From Amoebophrya sp. A120 (taxonomy: Eukaryota > Protista > Dinoflagellata), in assembly GCA_905178155.1 (NCBI GenBank), contig CAJINV010000011.1, forward strand, positions 431,914 through 495,913: a stretch of 64,000 nt of DNA. The letters are read 5' to 3'. The position numbers and the translations under genes are program-made. Each line of letters starts with the position of its first letter. Position 1 is the stretch's first letter. Of the stretch, positions 13,961-28,300 are shown piece by piece. Under the pieces are notes generated by a model. It had not been told where the DNA came from. It did not search any database and saw nothing but the letters and a program-made list of their open reading frames with translations.

Positions 13961-16900
13961 CTACATACAATTCAAATTTGTCCCGCCGGCACTGCATTTC
14001 TTGCCCCACTCGCCGCGCGCCTCAAGAACACTCGGCGGAACGCCCCAGGCGGTCTGCAATCGTCCAGAGAAGCGGCAGCGATGGTAGTAGATCTGGCGTT
14101 TTTTGCAGTACTCGAACTCCACACCTTGCGCGAACCCCGGGATGCGGTAGACCCCACGGAGGGGAATTTGTTTGTGTTTGACAGCGCCATCGGCTTTTCG
14201 AGTCGGGGCACAAGGAGAACGACTGGAGCTAGTAGTGGGAAAAGCAGATGACCTTCTCATGGTAGACGTGGTTTTTGACGCTTGCTGGTGTCCTCCTCGA
14301 TGAGCTTTGGCTGCAGCCTTCGAAGTCTGTCGCAGAAAAGATCGCGTTTTTAACGCCGTTATTTTTACCGCATAATCATCCCCCGACGTGGTTGTTGCAC
14401 AAAGACCTTGTTCTTCTCCGCTGGGGATACTCTGCACATCCAACCTCTCTTGTTCTGCTCTAATTCGCGCACACAAAGCGGAGCTACCCGATTCCACATT
14501 GCACCACTGCGCCGCCGCTGCCGCTAAGACTTGCAGCCGCGGCGGATTTTCAAAAACGCTGTGCGCCGTGCTGCGACTGCCCAGAAGCACGGACTCGCGC
14601 AACGCGTCCCCCGTCGTGGTCGCGGAGATGGCGTCGTCCGCCATGCGCCGCATGTCCACGGCCAGAAAGGTCATATCCCCGAGCTCCGGCCGCAGCAGGG
14701 AGTCTTTCACGGCTCCGGTCTTCTCCGAAACGACCACGTTTTCCAGGGGCAGCGGAATGCCGTCGCTGTTCCGCTTGAGCCCCTCTACTAAGTCCCGTAG
14801 AACGTTCTTCTGGCCGTAGGTAAAAACCGGGAACTTGCCGTAGCGGTGCGTGTCGATCTGCGGCCCCGTGCGGTTCACGATGTTGTCCCCCGTCTCCTCC
14901 TCTAGCCACCGCCGGTAGCGCGTCTTGTTTTTCTTCCTTCTGTCTCGCCGCTTCCGCCGCTTGCGCGTGGGCCGCTGAAACCAGTGCCAGTTCTTCTCCC
15001 GGGCGGTCAAAGTGTCCCGCTCCATCTTGGACTTCACCACGTCATACTCATCTTCGTCGTCGTCGCGACCAGACCGAAACGGCCGCTGGCCCCGCGCTCC
15101 CCACTTCCGCACCGTCTTTTTGTCGCCTTGGAGTTGTTCCCCCACCCGGCGTATCAAGTGTAAAAATGTCTGGGTCTGGAAGAATTCATGTTTGTCATGC
15201 TTGTCTGGCATGACTCTTAAATCTGTCATGCACGTTAACCAAGAGCTCCGTTTTTCTGTGATGCAGAAGCGTAGTTTGTCATGCAGAATAGGCAACACCT
15301 AGGAGCTCAGAAACTTGTCATGCTGAGCCAGCATTTGTAGCCTCATCATGAGACGCCACCCAGCATCACAAGTTTCCAGACCCAGACATTTTTACTTTTG
15401 ATACGGCGCATGCGGTTCGCGACGCGATCAAAATTTACCCGGTAACGCCGCCCGTCGAGCTCGGCCGCCATCAAATTCTTGCGGCGTATGGATTGTAAAA
15501 ATGTCTGGGTCTGGAAGGTTGGAACTTGTCATGCTAAGTCTGGATAGTGCAGAAATTTGTGTTGCATGATTACCAAAAGGCGTCCACGTGCGAACAAGTG
15601 TAGCTGCAGTTTGTCATGCGGGATAGACATGATCGAGACTTCACAGAACCTGTCATGCTAAGTCCTGCATTGCAGACCTCTTGGGGCATGCAAAATATGC
15701 ATGACAAATTCGCACTCTTCCAGACCCAGACATTTTTACAGTTGATACGGCGCCAGTGCTTGTCAAAAAAAGCAGGTGGACGACCAGGTGATGAAGAAGA
15801 AAAAGTGCTACTAGGGGCAGCTGCTGCAGAGTTGTACAAAGAAGAGCAAAAATTGACGGCGGGAGAAGAATTGTTCCTGCTCGTCGTCCCGGCGGAGTTG
15901 TAATAATTTGTTGGAAAAATTTGCTTACTACAATTTCGCAGATGACCGTCTTCTTCTTCTTCCACAGGAGGCAGCTGCCATTCCAAATCGTCAGCGCGAA
16001 TACTGCTGCTTCCAGTAGTTGTATCACAAAACCCCGGCAAAACTTCCTCTTTGCTGGACATTTTTAACTCTGCGGCCTGTGGGCCAGAAGTCAACCCGTA
16101 GCCCAGGATTTTGCTGCGCATTTCGTTGTCCTGTCGCGCGCGGCGAGCAAGGTTCGTGCGGACAACCTTCTCCCACTCCCAGGCGACAGTCGCCATCCTC
16201 GTCTTATCGCGCTGGGCATCCTGTGGTTTTATTTTGTTTCAACAATAGCAATAGGCCCGGGCGGCGAGAAGCACTTGGAACATGTTGAAGCTTATATTTT
16301 CTGAAAAAATATTAAACAAGGCCCGAGTTCCACAGTGGGAGCCCAAAAAAAAAATTTTACCTCCTTACTCATCCACCAAAGATCTTGGCTAACATTTTTT
16401 GGTGGAAGCCACAACGGCACTAATCTTTTCCCCCGTCTCGTCCGACTCCGATATGGATTGCAAATATGTCTGGGTCTGGGAGAATACACACTTGTGATGC
16501 GCATTTCAGGACACAGAAAAATCTCTTATGCATAGATAGCAGAAGCTGCCCACTTTCTGCCACCAAAATGGGCGATTTGTCATGCGTATTCGGCATTGCG
16601 GAAGCTTCTCGAAACCTGTGATGCTAGAGCTCCCATGCCAGACCTTCTGTGTTATGCAAAAACAGCATGACTCTTCCAGGCCCAGACATTTTTGCATTTC
16701 ATATCCGAAACAAGTCTTTCGCACGTCCCAGGCGTTTCTTCAACGGTCCGTTTACCCACTTTTCGCTGGGCCGCTTCTTCGGGTGGAACTTGCTGAGGTC
16801 TGCTTTTTTTGGTATTCGCAGTGCGGAGAGAGGCGCGTTGCGCACTCGGTGCAGCGGATTATCGGCGATCAACTTCCTCGTGTCCTCCGTGAGAATCCGC

Positions 16901-17499
16901 AAACGCGGCTCCGGAGGAGACCGGGGGCAAGAAGGAGCAACGAGTTCCTTATTCTGCTCGCTCTGGAGGTGGTCCCCTGTCGGAGCAGCTTCTACGGGTG
17001 TTGAAATAACCGGCTTGCTGCGTGGAGGTTCTGCCTTGTTTTCTACTCCCGCCTGGGTTGAAGCACTTGAACTACCACCGTTGCTAGCTTTATGCGTAGT
17101 AGTTGACGAGCTTGTTTTCCCTGCTCTTACGACATCTGCCTCGATTTTCTTTTGCAAGCATGCCTCGTTGTACTTCTTCAGTGCCGCTTTCGCCAGCTTG
17201 TTCGGTGATTTGATTTTTGCGTCCCCTGCGCGCAACGCTTCGTCCATAACCAACTTGTCAACCCGGTGGGAATTCTGGATGGGGTCAACATTCTCTTTCC
17301 CCTTGCGCAGGAGCAGGATCGTGTAGAAAGAACTCTTCTTGGGATCATGCTGTTGCTCCCGATTCTCCTCGTCCTGGTAGTCTGTCACTGCCTGGACGAC
17401 GCCGATGAGCTCTTTGGTGGTATCCCCAGCGCGGAAGAACTTCACCGTGTCCCCGACACGCAGGACAGTGCGCGTCGGCTTCATCCACGAAAATGTCAT
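13961..17499 (-). CDS. Hypothetical protein (about 872 aa), 5 exons
   Basis: ORFs 16699..17499, 15570..16196 and 13961..15298 plus two small exons join via 3 introners and GT-AG intron 16221-16360. Spliced length 2619 nt is divisible by 3. Confidence 0.7.
15152..15403. mobile_element. Introner F1
   Basis: TIR, direct repeat CGGCG. Closely related to 44852-45103 (both 252 bp). Confidence 0.92.
15487..15747. mobile_element. Introner F1
   Basis: TIR, direct repeat CGGCG. Junction WRR|KNL in frame. Confidence 0.92.
16221..16360 (-). other. Predicted canonical GT-AG intron
   Basis: GAG|GTAAAA ... CCACAG|GAT, phase 0. Confidence 0.65.
16452..16703. mobile_element. Introner F1
   Basis: TIR, direct repeat TCCGA. 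Interior is the reverse complement of the 1165-1428 type. Confidence 0.92.
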
Positions 17500-18886
17500 G
17501 TGGTGAAAGACGCTTCACAAGCAACTCTTCCTGCAGGTTTGAGTCGAACCGTAGTTCTTCTGGCAGCTACTGCACACAAATGTGCTGCCAGGTCGTGGTT
17601 GTACTACTCGTTCCGTTCTTTTAGCGACGCACCGTCCACCTCCCATGCGGCGCAGACGCCACACAGTCCAGCTACGGCTCGCTCAAGGAGTACCGTCTGA
17701 TTTTGGTCGGGGGTTCCGATACGTTTCATTATTGGGGGGGTACTTATTTTCATGGGTACTATGGGTAGTGCAACATGTATGACATTATGTCAAAAAAATA
17801 TGTTATGCTGATAACCCGCTCGCGTCTGGGTTGTTCTCGGAAGAAAACTAAGTATCCTAGTGCTTCCTTTTCTTCCTCCACTATGGAAATGGGGTGTGTT
17901 CAGACGTTTGAGCGGTACTCAACAATACAGATACCTTTGTTTACGACATGCACTTCACATGTAAAAAGAAGAGAGCTGATTTTGTGTGGGACACGAATGT
18001 CTTCGATCTGAAGTTTCTGCGTACTTACGCAAATATCACACACGTTTTTCTTTTTCGAAAAGACTCCGAGGACCAGGCCGCACGGCAAAAATGACACAGA
18101 CTGCTACGTGTGTTGATCCTGTTGGAACAAGAAGCTGCTGTCTGATCCTGGTGATGATCTTCAAGCATAGATTGCTCCTGAGGTGGTCGAAGAGCTTTTT
18201 ATTCCGGTGTTTTTGAAGAAGAAAACACTTTGCTGGAAGACAAAAACAATGCGACCACGGCCACGCTGCGGAGAATACTTTCAGAGAAGGGAATGACATG
18301 AAGATCTTCTGGTTCTTCGTGAAACTGAAATCGCTAGAATTACACTTCACTGCGGAATGAAAGTGAATGACCAAAAGCAGCACAAGAAGATTGCTGCCGT
18401 TATAAACTGGGCCTGGCACGAGATAGCACAGTAGACACATCAATGTTTATTTCGACGGCACAGTCATGGATCATCAGCATCGGGATCTTGCTTTACTGAA
18501 TTTGACGCAGGGAAAGATATCTTGGCGAAACAAATCGGTCAGACGGAAATTTTCTTCGCGGCTACTTTCTGCATCTCAGCTCTTTACGAACCTAGAATCT
18601 CTACTGTGAGCCATCCGTCGAAAAACTATATGCCGGAAAGCACACAACTTTCAAAGTCGGTGGCTGAAAGGATCTCATCGCTGTTACCACTTATACACCA
18701 TTTCATGGAAAAGTCTGCTGCAGTGAAATTCGTCTAATGTTTTTTCGCCGTACGGCACACAGCGGATCGACTTCGCGTCCATTCGCACAGAATCCTTTTG
18801 AACAAAGTACGCTTCACATCGTGGTCGTGCAATGCATGTGCATGATCGACTCAGAAACAAATTTCAATGAAAACTGGACCTCATAC

Positions 18887-20627
18887 TTATCTGCTCCCGC
18901 CACTGTACTTGCTCGGCGGTAGAAACACCAGGTCCTGCGTTTTCGCCACGGTTCGGTAATCCGGCGTGCAGGAATACTGCAAATTCTGCGTCAAGAAGTC
19001 AAACATCTCCAGCTCTGCGTCCCTCTGCGGGTGATCGCGCACCCCCCAACCAAATTCCACCATCAAGACCGGCATGTTAACCATTTGCGATGTTGCACCA
19101 GAGCCCTGCTCGTCACTCGCTTGTTTTCTGGCCAGGTCGAATCCGCGTTGCAGCCAATTTCGCATCCCGCGCAGCACCTTGTATTCAGCTCCCTCCGTGT
19201 CGATCTTGATCAGCGCTGGCAGATGATTACGCATTTTTACGGAGGTAGACGCTCCTGCCGAGGACGATGATGATGATGATGATGATGATGATATCATTCC
19301 ATCCTCACCTCCCCCGTGGTCATTAAGTCCCAACGCCGCCTGCACATGGTGATCGTCCAGCCGGATTTGCTTCACCTTTACCTCCCGCATGCGTTGCCCT
19401 TTTGTTTGCTCCTGCACCATCGTGTTCCAACCGAGGTTGCCGTCGCTGGCTACGAACAGACTGGTCTCGCCGGTTTCGTCGGACACACAAGCAGGCACCA
19501 CGTGCAGATTCTTGTCGAACCGCCGGGAGTCGCGGATATACGCGGCGTACTCCGGCACGCACTCGAAGGCGAGGATCCGGCAGGTGGGGCACATATGCAT
19601 TGCAAATATGTCTGGGTCTGGAACGCTGGAACTTGTCATGCTAATTCTGGATAGTGCAAAAATCTGTGTTGCGTGATTTGCAAAAGCTGCCAACTTTTGA
19701 CCAAGTTGAGAGGCAGTTTCTAATGCAGGCGAGGCATGGTAGAGGTCGCGCAGAATCTGTCATGCTAAATCATATATGGCAGACATCATGTCATGGGTCA
19801 TGAAAAACCTGCATGACAAGTTTACACCCTTCCAGTATTTGCAGTGGATAGCACATGGCACGGATCCGCCCGGTGAACGCGCCGGCGTTCGCGCCGATGT
19901 CTAAAACTAGTGGCGGCTGCTGGTCCTCGTGTGGAGTTGTGCCACGACGATTATGATAGGGCGAATTATTTCTACTATTCACCTGTTGCAATGCTCGAAA
20001 CACAGCGTTGGGAATCTCCGGCAGCATGGCGGAAATTTGTCGATACCAACCATCCAGCTGGTATCTGCGGTTTTGGTCCAACGATGGCGCGGCAGCTGGA
20101 GAGAGAATCAGTGGCTCAAAGACGACCTCAGGCCGCGCGTGTGCAGGCCGTGAAGGCGGAGTAGCAATGTTAAATTGGTTCGATCTAGTCGTTGTTGCTG
20201 TCGTGAGAACTACATCTGTCGCAATGCTCTGTTCCACTTTCTTCGTTTCCGGAATTTTAACTGGTAGAGGAGGTGATGGTTCCGTACTGGTGCTGTCGCT
20301 CAACGCTGAGGTAGAAGTTCTGGAATTATGTTCTGGCGCCAGAAGATCTTCTGGATTTCTTTGACTCGTCGTTGCTCCGCGTGCAGAGGTCGACGGTGAC
20401 CCTCGAATATTAACTTCTTCACGTCGATTCCAACGCTTTTTTTGCCGTCGCACACGATACACAACCCGGGCGGAACGGGCCACGTCCTGACCTTCTGGGT
20501 GCGCCAGCTTGTTGTCCAAATTATCCGTCGCAACACGACCCATTAGACTGCGGACGTTGCCATATTGAGGGTGGCGCACACCGATGTAAGAAAGCACGAG
20601 GGACACGAGGAGAAACGGAGACAACAT
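18887..20627 (-). CDS. FkbM-family SAM-dependent methyltransferase with N-terminal signal anchor (about 492 aa)
   Basis: Motifs LVLDIGANAGAFT, ILAFEC, LIKIDTEGAEYKVLRG and VLMVEF. Two exons joined at AMC|PTC. Hydrophobic N-terminus MLSPFLLVSLVLSYIG. Confidence 0.85.
19594..19850. mobile_element. Introner F1 (right TIR has lost its ACCCAGACA core)
   Basis: Direct repeat GCACA. Removal restores the FkbM domain in frame. Confidence 0.9.
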
Positions 20628-21160
20628 CTTTCTTACTTTGGACAAAGCAAAACTTGTGTGAAGTTGTGCTGCACTTGTTCTCTCTTCTGTACACGCGTGC
20701 TGCTGATGTCGGGAAAACAAGTAAAACTAGAAACCGACAGATTGGTATAGCGCCGTTGTAACAGCGAAAAATTTGAAAAAGTGCTCGTTTTCCTTTACAG
20801 TTCGAGACGAATCACGGCGGCACGCTCGATTTTTTGTCTATTAAATTGACATGAAAAATACTACCTTGCGTGCGCTCGTCACAGTCGCAAAATTTTGAAA
20901 AAAAAGCGAGCATACTGTCGTGTTTCGTGACGAACTCGAAAGAAACTAACAACGAAATATGTGTTTCAAATGATTTTCGAATACCGAGGGTACGGTGGAA
21001 ATGCGTGCTTGGAAATACATCACGATGGTGTGCTTCAAATTGAAAAAAACTATGATTTTGTCAAAACTATGATTTTTAATTTTCCGACAATTTACAGACA
21101 CGACGAAACAAATTTCGCAGTTTCCACGCACGGCTATTTTCACGAACTAAAAAAGTGATA

Positions 21161-21300
21161 TATGCGCTGTCGCTTTTTCTCTCAGTACTAGTTGCATTTG
21201 CGTTCGACGAAGTTTCGCGTTGTACCACTGGGCTCCTCCACCTAAAGCTTAAACACTTTTCAGACAGCTCCCAGCGGGCGGTCCCGCGACGTGGGCCAAG
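21161..21300. repeat. Dispersed non-coding repeat, copy 1 (others about 30737-30793 and 31350-31493)
   Basis: Shared CAGTACTAGTTGCATTTGCGTTCGACGAAGTT...TTGTACYACTGGGC...AAACACTTTWCAGACA. Confidence 0.75.
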
Positions 21301-21706
21301 TGCAAGTATCCTCAAGCGACTGGTGAACATCGTACATCGTGCAGCGGCGGAACTGCATGGCAGTTTCTCCTCGCGACTGAGAAACCGGAACTGAGGTGAA
21401 AAATAGTGATTTACTAGAGCATCGCACTAGAGTGGTTAGATAATTACCCAGTGGCCGTTTTCGCACTAGACCCGATGAGAAAGTGAGAAGCAAAAAAAAC
21501 TTTCGACGCGAGACATCATCAACGAGAAACTGCAGCTTGCTCATCCAAATCCAAAATCCAAATGCAGCTTCGCCCAGTCAAACACAACCACGACAAGCAG
21601 TAGTTGCTCCGTGCTCTACTCATTTTCTTGCTGCCTGCTGCTAAGCTTCAAACGAGCAGAAGAAAGTACTATATACAATATCCCAGAGAGGACTTTGAAG
21701 TTTGCA

Positions 21707-21918
21707 TTGGTGCTTCATCATACACTTCTACTTGTTTTTTTGGTGCTTTCTTTCTTTCCGTGCCCGGGCATGGCATCAAAGGTTCAAGGCCCTAGAAAAT
21801 CCATCGTGATCAAGCCACTTTTGGTACTTTACTGTGTATCATACAACTACGCTGGTGCTTCAACATCATACAATTCTACTTGTTTTTTTGGTGCTTCATC
21901 GTGATCATACAACTACGC
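21707..21918. repeat. Local degenerate direct repeats (TGGTGCTTCA..TCATACA..TTCTACTTGTTTTTTTGGTGCTT)
   Basis: Two near-copies at about 21707-21750 and 21853-21900, plus ATCATACAACTACGC twice. Confidence 0.6.
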
Positions 21919-22350
21919 CCACTCAGTCAAGAGGCTTATCATCTTTGTCTTTAATTGTAATACTAGAAGTATAGTATGGTTTATGGAAATTTTGCAGGAG
22001 GCACAAGACCGACGGTCGAGTGTCAACTATCGAAGTTGACATTTTTTTGTGAGCCCGTGTAAACATTTTTTGTGAATCAAAATGACTGCTCTAGATGCCA
22101 AGTCACGGCCTAAATATGATGACGACGATCATGCAAGAGGATTGCTCTGATATAGCGTGATCGCCGCGATCAACATACTTAGCAGGCTATGAATAACAAA
22201 TAAGGAAACAAATGAAAATGAACTTTTTTGAAGAGCACAAAGTCAATAAAAAAAAACAATCGAAGCTATAACTTAAATTTCCATTACTCTACGTTTATGT
22301 GGTGTTGTCTTTGATGAATAACTCAATCGTACTGGTGAGCAGCAGCTTCC

Positions 22351-25300
22351 TCATTGACCATCCTGTATGGCTTCCTATGCACTGCAAAAGTATCGTACTC
22401 GTCGTACTAATTGCAGTACATCTGTGGTTCTTTCTTAGCATAATTCAGCATGACAAATTTTACTTTTATTTCCTTTATGGAAAAATTGTATATGCTATTC
22501 CTACTGAGTAGTACGATACTTTTGCTGCACAGGATACTTCCAACGTGACCGCAATTGCATCGCTCGAGGAGTCGGCGTCCGACCAACGCGTGAGGAACTA
22601 TCGACTGCAAATATGTCTGGGTCTGGGAACTTGTGATGCAAGGAGGGGGATAGGGAGCGTACTGTCATGCGCTGCCAAGCAGGGAGCGCACTGTCATGTG
22701 CTGCCAAGCATGACAAGTTTTTCCATGGTTCTCAGTTGCGTACTCCGCATGAGAAACAGCGTTTTTGCATGACAGGCAAGAGGAGATCTTCATTGCGACC
22801 ACGCACTCCAGCCTTGTTCAGAGTCATGCGCATGCCACGCAAGCATGACAAATTAATTATTTCGCGGCAATCTCCCAGACCCAGACAGATTTGCATTCGA
22901 TAGGAACCTCGTCCGCGCAATCCGTCCGGCGGCCTGCAGTTCTTTGACTGTGTCCGCGCCTATCGCGCGCAGGAACTCGACCACGGTGGTGGAAGAGGAA
23001 CCTGGCGCCAGCAAAGAACCTGGCGCCAGCACAGAAAAGTCCTTCCAGTTATAATTTCCCAGGTGCCACCGCCACAGCTTCTGCTGCTTCTCGGACGAAA
23101 GCACTGGAATACACCCCAGCGCCAAGCTGTCCAGCATACCCTTGCGAGAGGGAGTGTCTCCCTCCGGCTGCAGGCAGAACGTGGAACGGAGCATGGCTTT
23201 GACCAACCCTGGGAGCATGCCTTCCACCGTGGGATCCACCGCAACGCAATCGTCGCTGTGGTCCCTGCACTGTGCATTCCAGAGGTCGCGGACGCCCGCA
23301 GCGGCATGGCCAGGAGCCCGTTTTCCAAGTGCGGCCATGACCAGAGAAGGGCGGCCGGTTTGCTGCGTTGCGTCGACGATGGTGAACAGGTGATCCAGTT
23401 GCGTATTGGTCAAACCGGCGCCAAGGGTCGGATACGGAATAGCACGCTCCGGCCGATTCCCCCCGAGAGCATATTCGTCTTCCAGGGCCAGCTTTCTGAT
23501 TTTCTGAATCAGCGGCTCGTCGCTTTTCCAAAAATCGCAGACATCATCGCCGGAAAGCCCCCCGACTCGCGGAGACATCAGAAAGTGCTGGCGCGCCGTA
23601 TTATCCGACAAGTAGGGGAGAGCCCTCAAAACTTCCGCTGCGGTTGGGCACTCGGCCGGGTCGGGCTTGTAATTCTCACGCCAGATAGGCACGAAAAAAA
23701 CATCGGCGTGTGTAGCATCAGCCACTTGGCAAGCCGTGCGCGTCAGGCGCGACTGGAAGATGCGGCCCATGCGAAACTGGTCAGTGCTGCGAAGCGTCAC
23801 TTTCGTCGTTTCTTGCAGCGGGACGAGTGCAGCGTCGATCGTGACTGAGAACTCCGGACCAAAAACACAATCGCGTTCCCCGGCCGAGCCAGACGGATGC
23901 GCTCTTTCGCAGTAAGCGTCCTCCCGCCAAACGATCGTACGCCCATTCGGCAACTGCACCTTGTCCGGAAGATATCCAAGAAGAAAACTGTGTTAGTGTA
24001 ACTTTCTTTGGTTGACAGCATTACAAATTTGCTCTACATGACAGAGAAAACCTGTCATGCGTGGGTTGTAAGGGAAAATACACAGGAAAAGAGGACTTCA
24101 TGGGTGTCTGGCATGACACGTGTAACTCTGTTGCATGTTCTGCATTACAGAGTTACACTTACACAGTTTTTTTCTTGCATAGAAGAGGATAGACATACAC
24201 TTTCGGTGCCTCGGGTGGGCAAGTTGGGCGGCTAGAATCAGTTTTCTCAAATGCAAAAATGTCAGGAACTAAAACAGTGCCAGACTTGTCACGCAGGTTC
24301 TCCATGACCCATGAGGTCTGGTATGTAGGACATAGCTTGACAGATTCATCTGTGAGAGTTCTATCATGCGGCCTATCCTGCTGCATGAGAAACTGCCTCT
24401 GGATTTTTAGGTCAAAAGTGGACAGCTTGTGGTAATCATGCAACACAGATTTTTACATGATTCAGATTTAGCATGACAATTTCCTTTGTTCCAGACCCAG
24501 ACATTTTTGCATTTGATAAGTTTGCCGCGCGGCCTGCATCTGCACAGGATACGGCTCTGTAGCTGGCAAGAGTTGAGGAAGTTGTCGGTCTTCTCTTTTG
24601 TAAGCGGGAAAAAGAGGAGCGGGAAGTACAACTTCAGCATCTTCACTTTTGTAAAAACCCCGGTTGTTCCACATTTCCACGTAGTTGGTACCGCGGAGCT
24701 CTCGCACTCGCTTGCTGCCATTCCCTGCAAATAACCCGTCCCTCCTGTTGGTGCACTTCCATCCTTCCCCGGCGCCTCCCTTCCAGACCTTCTTTACGAG
24801 CTGAAGGCTGGCCTTCTGCTATCAAAAGGAAAAATTTCCCCTCCCCCCATCGAAAACGTGGACCACAAGGAAGGCTGTGCCGCTGATTTGTCGTGCACGG
24901 CGCAAATGCCTCTGCATTGCATACTTACTTGGGAAGCAAAAGCGAGGCGACACACTGAGCAGGCCATATGACCCCATTCCATATTATGTAAAAATGCGTT
25001 TTAGCCTACAGCAGCAACGTACTTCACGCGAAAGAGCTAGACATCTTTCAAGGAACCCAAACAGGCCTAGCATGCACCTCCACTTCGTTTATTCTGCAAG
25101 ACAATTTTTTTCGTTTATTCTGCATTGAGCTGATTTGTGGCCACAAATCTGCATCACAGATTTCCATTTTGATGAAAGGAGGGCGGATTTTTGCTGTTGA
25201 TATCTGCACTGGATCATGATCGAAGTCTCCGCTCTTGAATTTCTGCGCGTCGCCGCGATTCGCGAACCAGGTATTAGTGTTAATGTCAAACAGGATAAAG

Positions 25301-28300
25301 GCCGCGCCCCCCATATCAAAAGGAAAAATCCCCCCTCCCCATATCGAAATGGAAATCTGTGATGCAGGATTTGCGCACACAAATTTGTGTTGTGGTGGAG
25401 GACTGCAGACAGATACATACAAAGCCCGGAAAGGTGTGGCTTGGTGTAGGTACTCAGCATGGCAGACGTCTTCCCTCGTAGCGTAGCAGCATTACAAATC
25501 GGCTGCGAAATGCAGCGGAGGCCCTGGCTTTGCTCTCTTGCAAGACAGACTCGATTTGTAACCACAAATCAGCATCGCAAATTTTGAAAAGCACGCCTTT
25601 TCGATATGGGGAGGGGGGATTTTTCCTCACAATACCCCACGCCCCCCTGGTATTGCTCGCAGGGAATCCGTATGCATCGCAAATATGTCTGGGTCTGGAA
25701 GATTGCCAGATTTGTCATGCTTGTCTGCCATGACTCGAAACTCTGTCATGCGTAGATGCAAAAAGATCGTTTTGTCTGCGGTGCAAACGCGCAGTCTGCG
25801 ATGCGGAATACGCTACACATAGCAGCTCAAAAACTTGCATTCCCTGGCTTGCATCACAAGTTTCCAGACCCAGGCATATGTGCATTTGATAATCCGACCC
25901 AGGTGAAGCGGCAAGTCGTCGTCTGTCGGCACCAGCTCTGGTGTAACTGTAAACGGAAACTTTTTAGAGGGAATCCCTTCCCACACATTCGTCCACTCCT
26001 CCGGGGAGAGCCGCGCCAGCTTTAAGCTTTTCATCGGAGCAGGAGGATCACCGGCCGCTGGTGCACCCGTAGTTCCATTCTCCTCCACCACCAACTCCGG
26101 CGCCCTCAGGAGAGCGGTCCACAGCCCGGTTGGCCCAGTGGGGTCGAACGGCGTGCGGCCGTGGTATTTCGCTTCCAAATTCGCCAGCAGGACATACAGC
26201 AGATCGCCCACCAGCTCGTTGCCCGGCTTCGCAGCGAGAAAAGCGTTCATCAAGCCCTCGGGCTGGGAGAACTGTATCCCCGCGGGGTTTTCTTCTTTAC
26301 TGCCGTTAATCCAGCCAAAATCTTGACAACCGCCGAGGAAACCCACATCATGCCTGGATGTCATCTCTGAGCGCCGCTTCTCGAAGATTTTTTTGCCGAC
26401 TTCCGGCACTTCTTTGGCGTGATACTCCACAAAGGGCTTCCGAAACTTTTTCGTTCCCTGAAAGGCCGTTTCCAGGATAGCGTCCCAAGCTTGTACCGGG
26501 GCGATCTTGTGGTCCATGTACACGCCCCCGTGCCGGTACAGTGTCAAAAGCCGGAAAAAGTCCGACTTCATCTGGTTGGGCTCTACCGAGTCGAAAGCGC
26601 GGAGAACCCGCGGCTGGTAGTGTTCGGAAAGGTACTGCCGGGCCTCGTCTAGGTTGAAAAAGGCGAGCTCAAAGTCGGGGTTCAACGCCTGCCATATTTT
26701 CCGTCCCTCGTTCATCACCGGGTCTTTGCACTGGAAGAAAGCATAAAACTCTTCCCGAGTGCAGTTGCTCTCGTCCTTGAAAAAAGCAGTCTGTACCAAC
26801 CGTCTCGGGATTTGATTCTCCATTGTGTCCCGCTGCCCATACATGGCAGTAACCTCAGACGGGTTCTTCAAAAAGCCGTGACAAGCTCGGTTCAGATCCC
26901 CCACAAATCCAGCATCCGCGTCTTTTTCTATTTTTTCCTTTAAGTGTGTACTCGCGCAGCTGGCGGCGAAAAGTGTGTCCAGGGGCTCTACTTGAACTTC
27001 TTTCTTGGCCTCTACTAAAATGGAATGTTTCTTCTCAGGTCCTGCTTTTCCTCTCGTCAGCCTGTCTGTGAAGCTGTTCGTTTTCTTTTGAATAAAAAGG
27101 CTGCGCACCTCTTCCGTGAGAGGACGACTTTTCCTTTTGCGGCGCGAAGCAAGAAGGGCTGCAATTTGCTCCAGCTTGGGTTTTAATTTGACGAAGGGGT
27201 CAGTCGCAGAAGTCGCAGCAGAAGAAAATGTTCTTGCGGCCGAAGCGCCGCTGGTGGGCACCACATGATGAAGTTCTTCGGCGTGGTCCTCGTTGCGAGC
27301 GATGTGTCGTAGGGATTTTCTCCAATTGAGCTTGGTTCGCGCAATGTGCAACATGAGCTCTGCGGCACGCGTGGGGTCGAAGGCCTCGGCGCGCATCCTT
27401 GCTTGCAGGGCGAGCATCGCCGCTTCCAGTCTTTCAAAATTCATCACCGGCTGCCCATCGTGACGAGGGCCACCACCCACCAGCAAACCGATCCCGTCCG
27501 TGATGGATGTAGCCACAAGCGCATCAGGTGTAAGAAGGTTCCTCTCGTAGTACCAGTTCAGTTCATCTTGTTCACTCTGCGGACCACGACCATCAGCAGT
27601 AGAACCACGACGACCCATCAGAATGTGGTGTGCGCTCTTAACATAGACGCCCACCTTGGCGCGCGCGAGAGCCGTCGCGTTCAGCGTTTGTTCGTTCTGA
27701 TAGGGCAGTCCGACAAGCGGCACCCGCGCTTGCAGGGCTTCGTTGACGCTCGACATTCCGCAGTGGGACACAAAAACAAAGCGGGGGTGCATTCCGGAAT
27801 TTTTACTATCATTCGACCTGCTCATCGCACCGAAATAGCACAGAAACGCGGCCTGGTCGATCAGGTTCCTCTCGAGTCGCATGTTGGGGAACAATTTGTT
27901 TTCCGCAGCTTGTTCATCCTCTGGAGCTTGCATTTTCAAGGAAAGACGAAGAACCACGTAGTATTCGGTCGCGTTCAGTCGCGTCAAATCCGCAAGGATG
28001 GCATCCCAAGTGCGTTGATCCACGTCAAAAAGCGTTCCCAAGGAGAAATACACGATTTTTCGCCCGTCCGCGGCCAATTCGATTTCGCGCAGGTACTTAT
28101 GCATCCCAACGTCCGGTTGATGTTGGTACGTTGCACAGTGATCTACTTCAAGATCATGGTCTACTTCTTGTTGCCCTCTGGGACGAACAACTGACGGCGG
28201 GCGCCAACCGGCCGGTTGCAACTTCTTGCCGGAAGTAGAAGAGAACAAGGCGGTAAATGGCCTGCTATCTGCCCCGTCGTCGTGTAGGGGAAAAACACGC

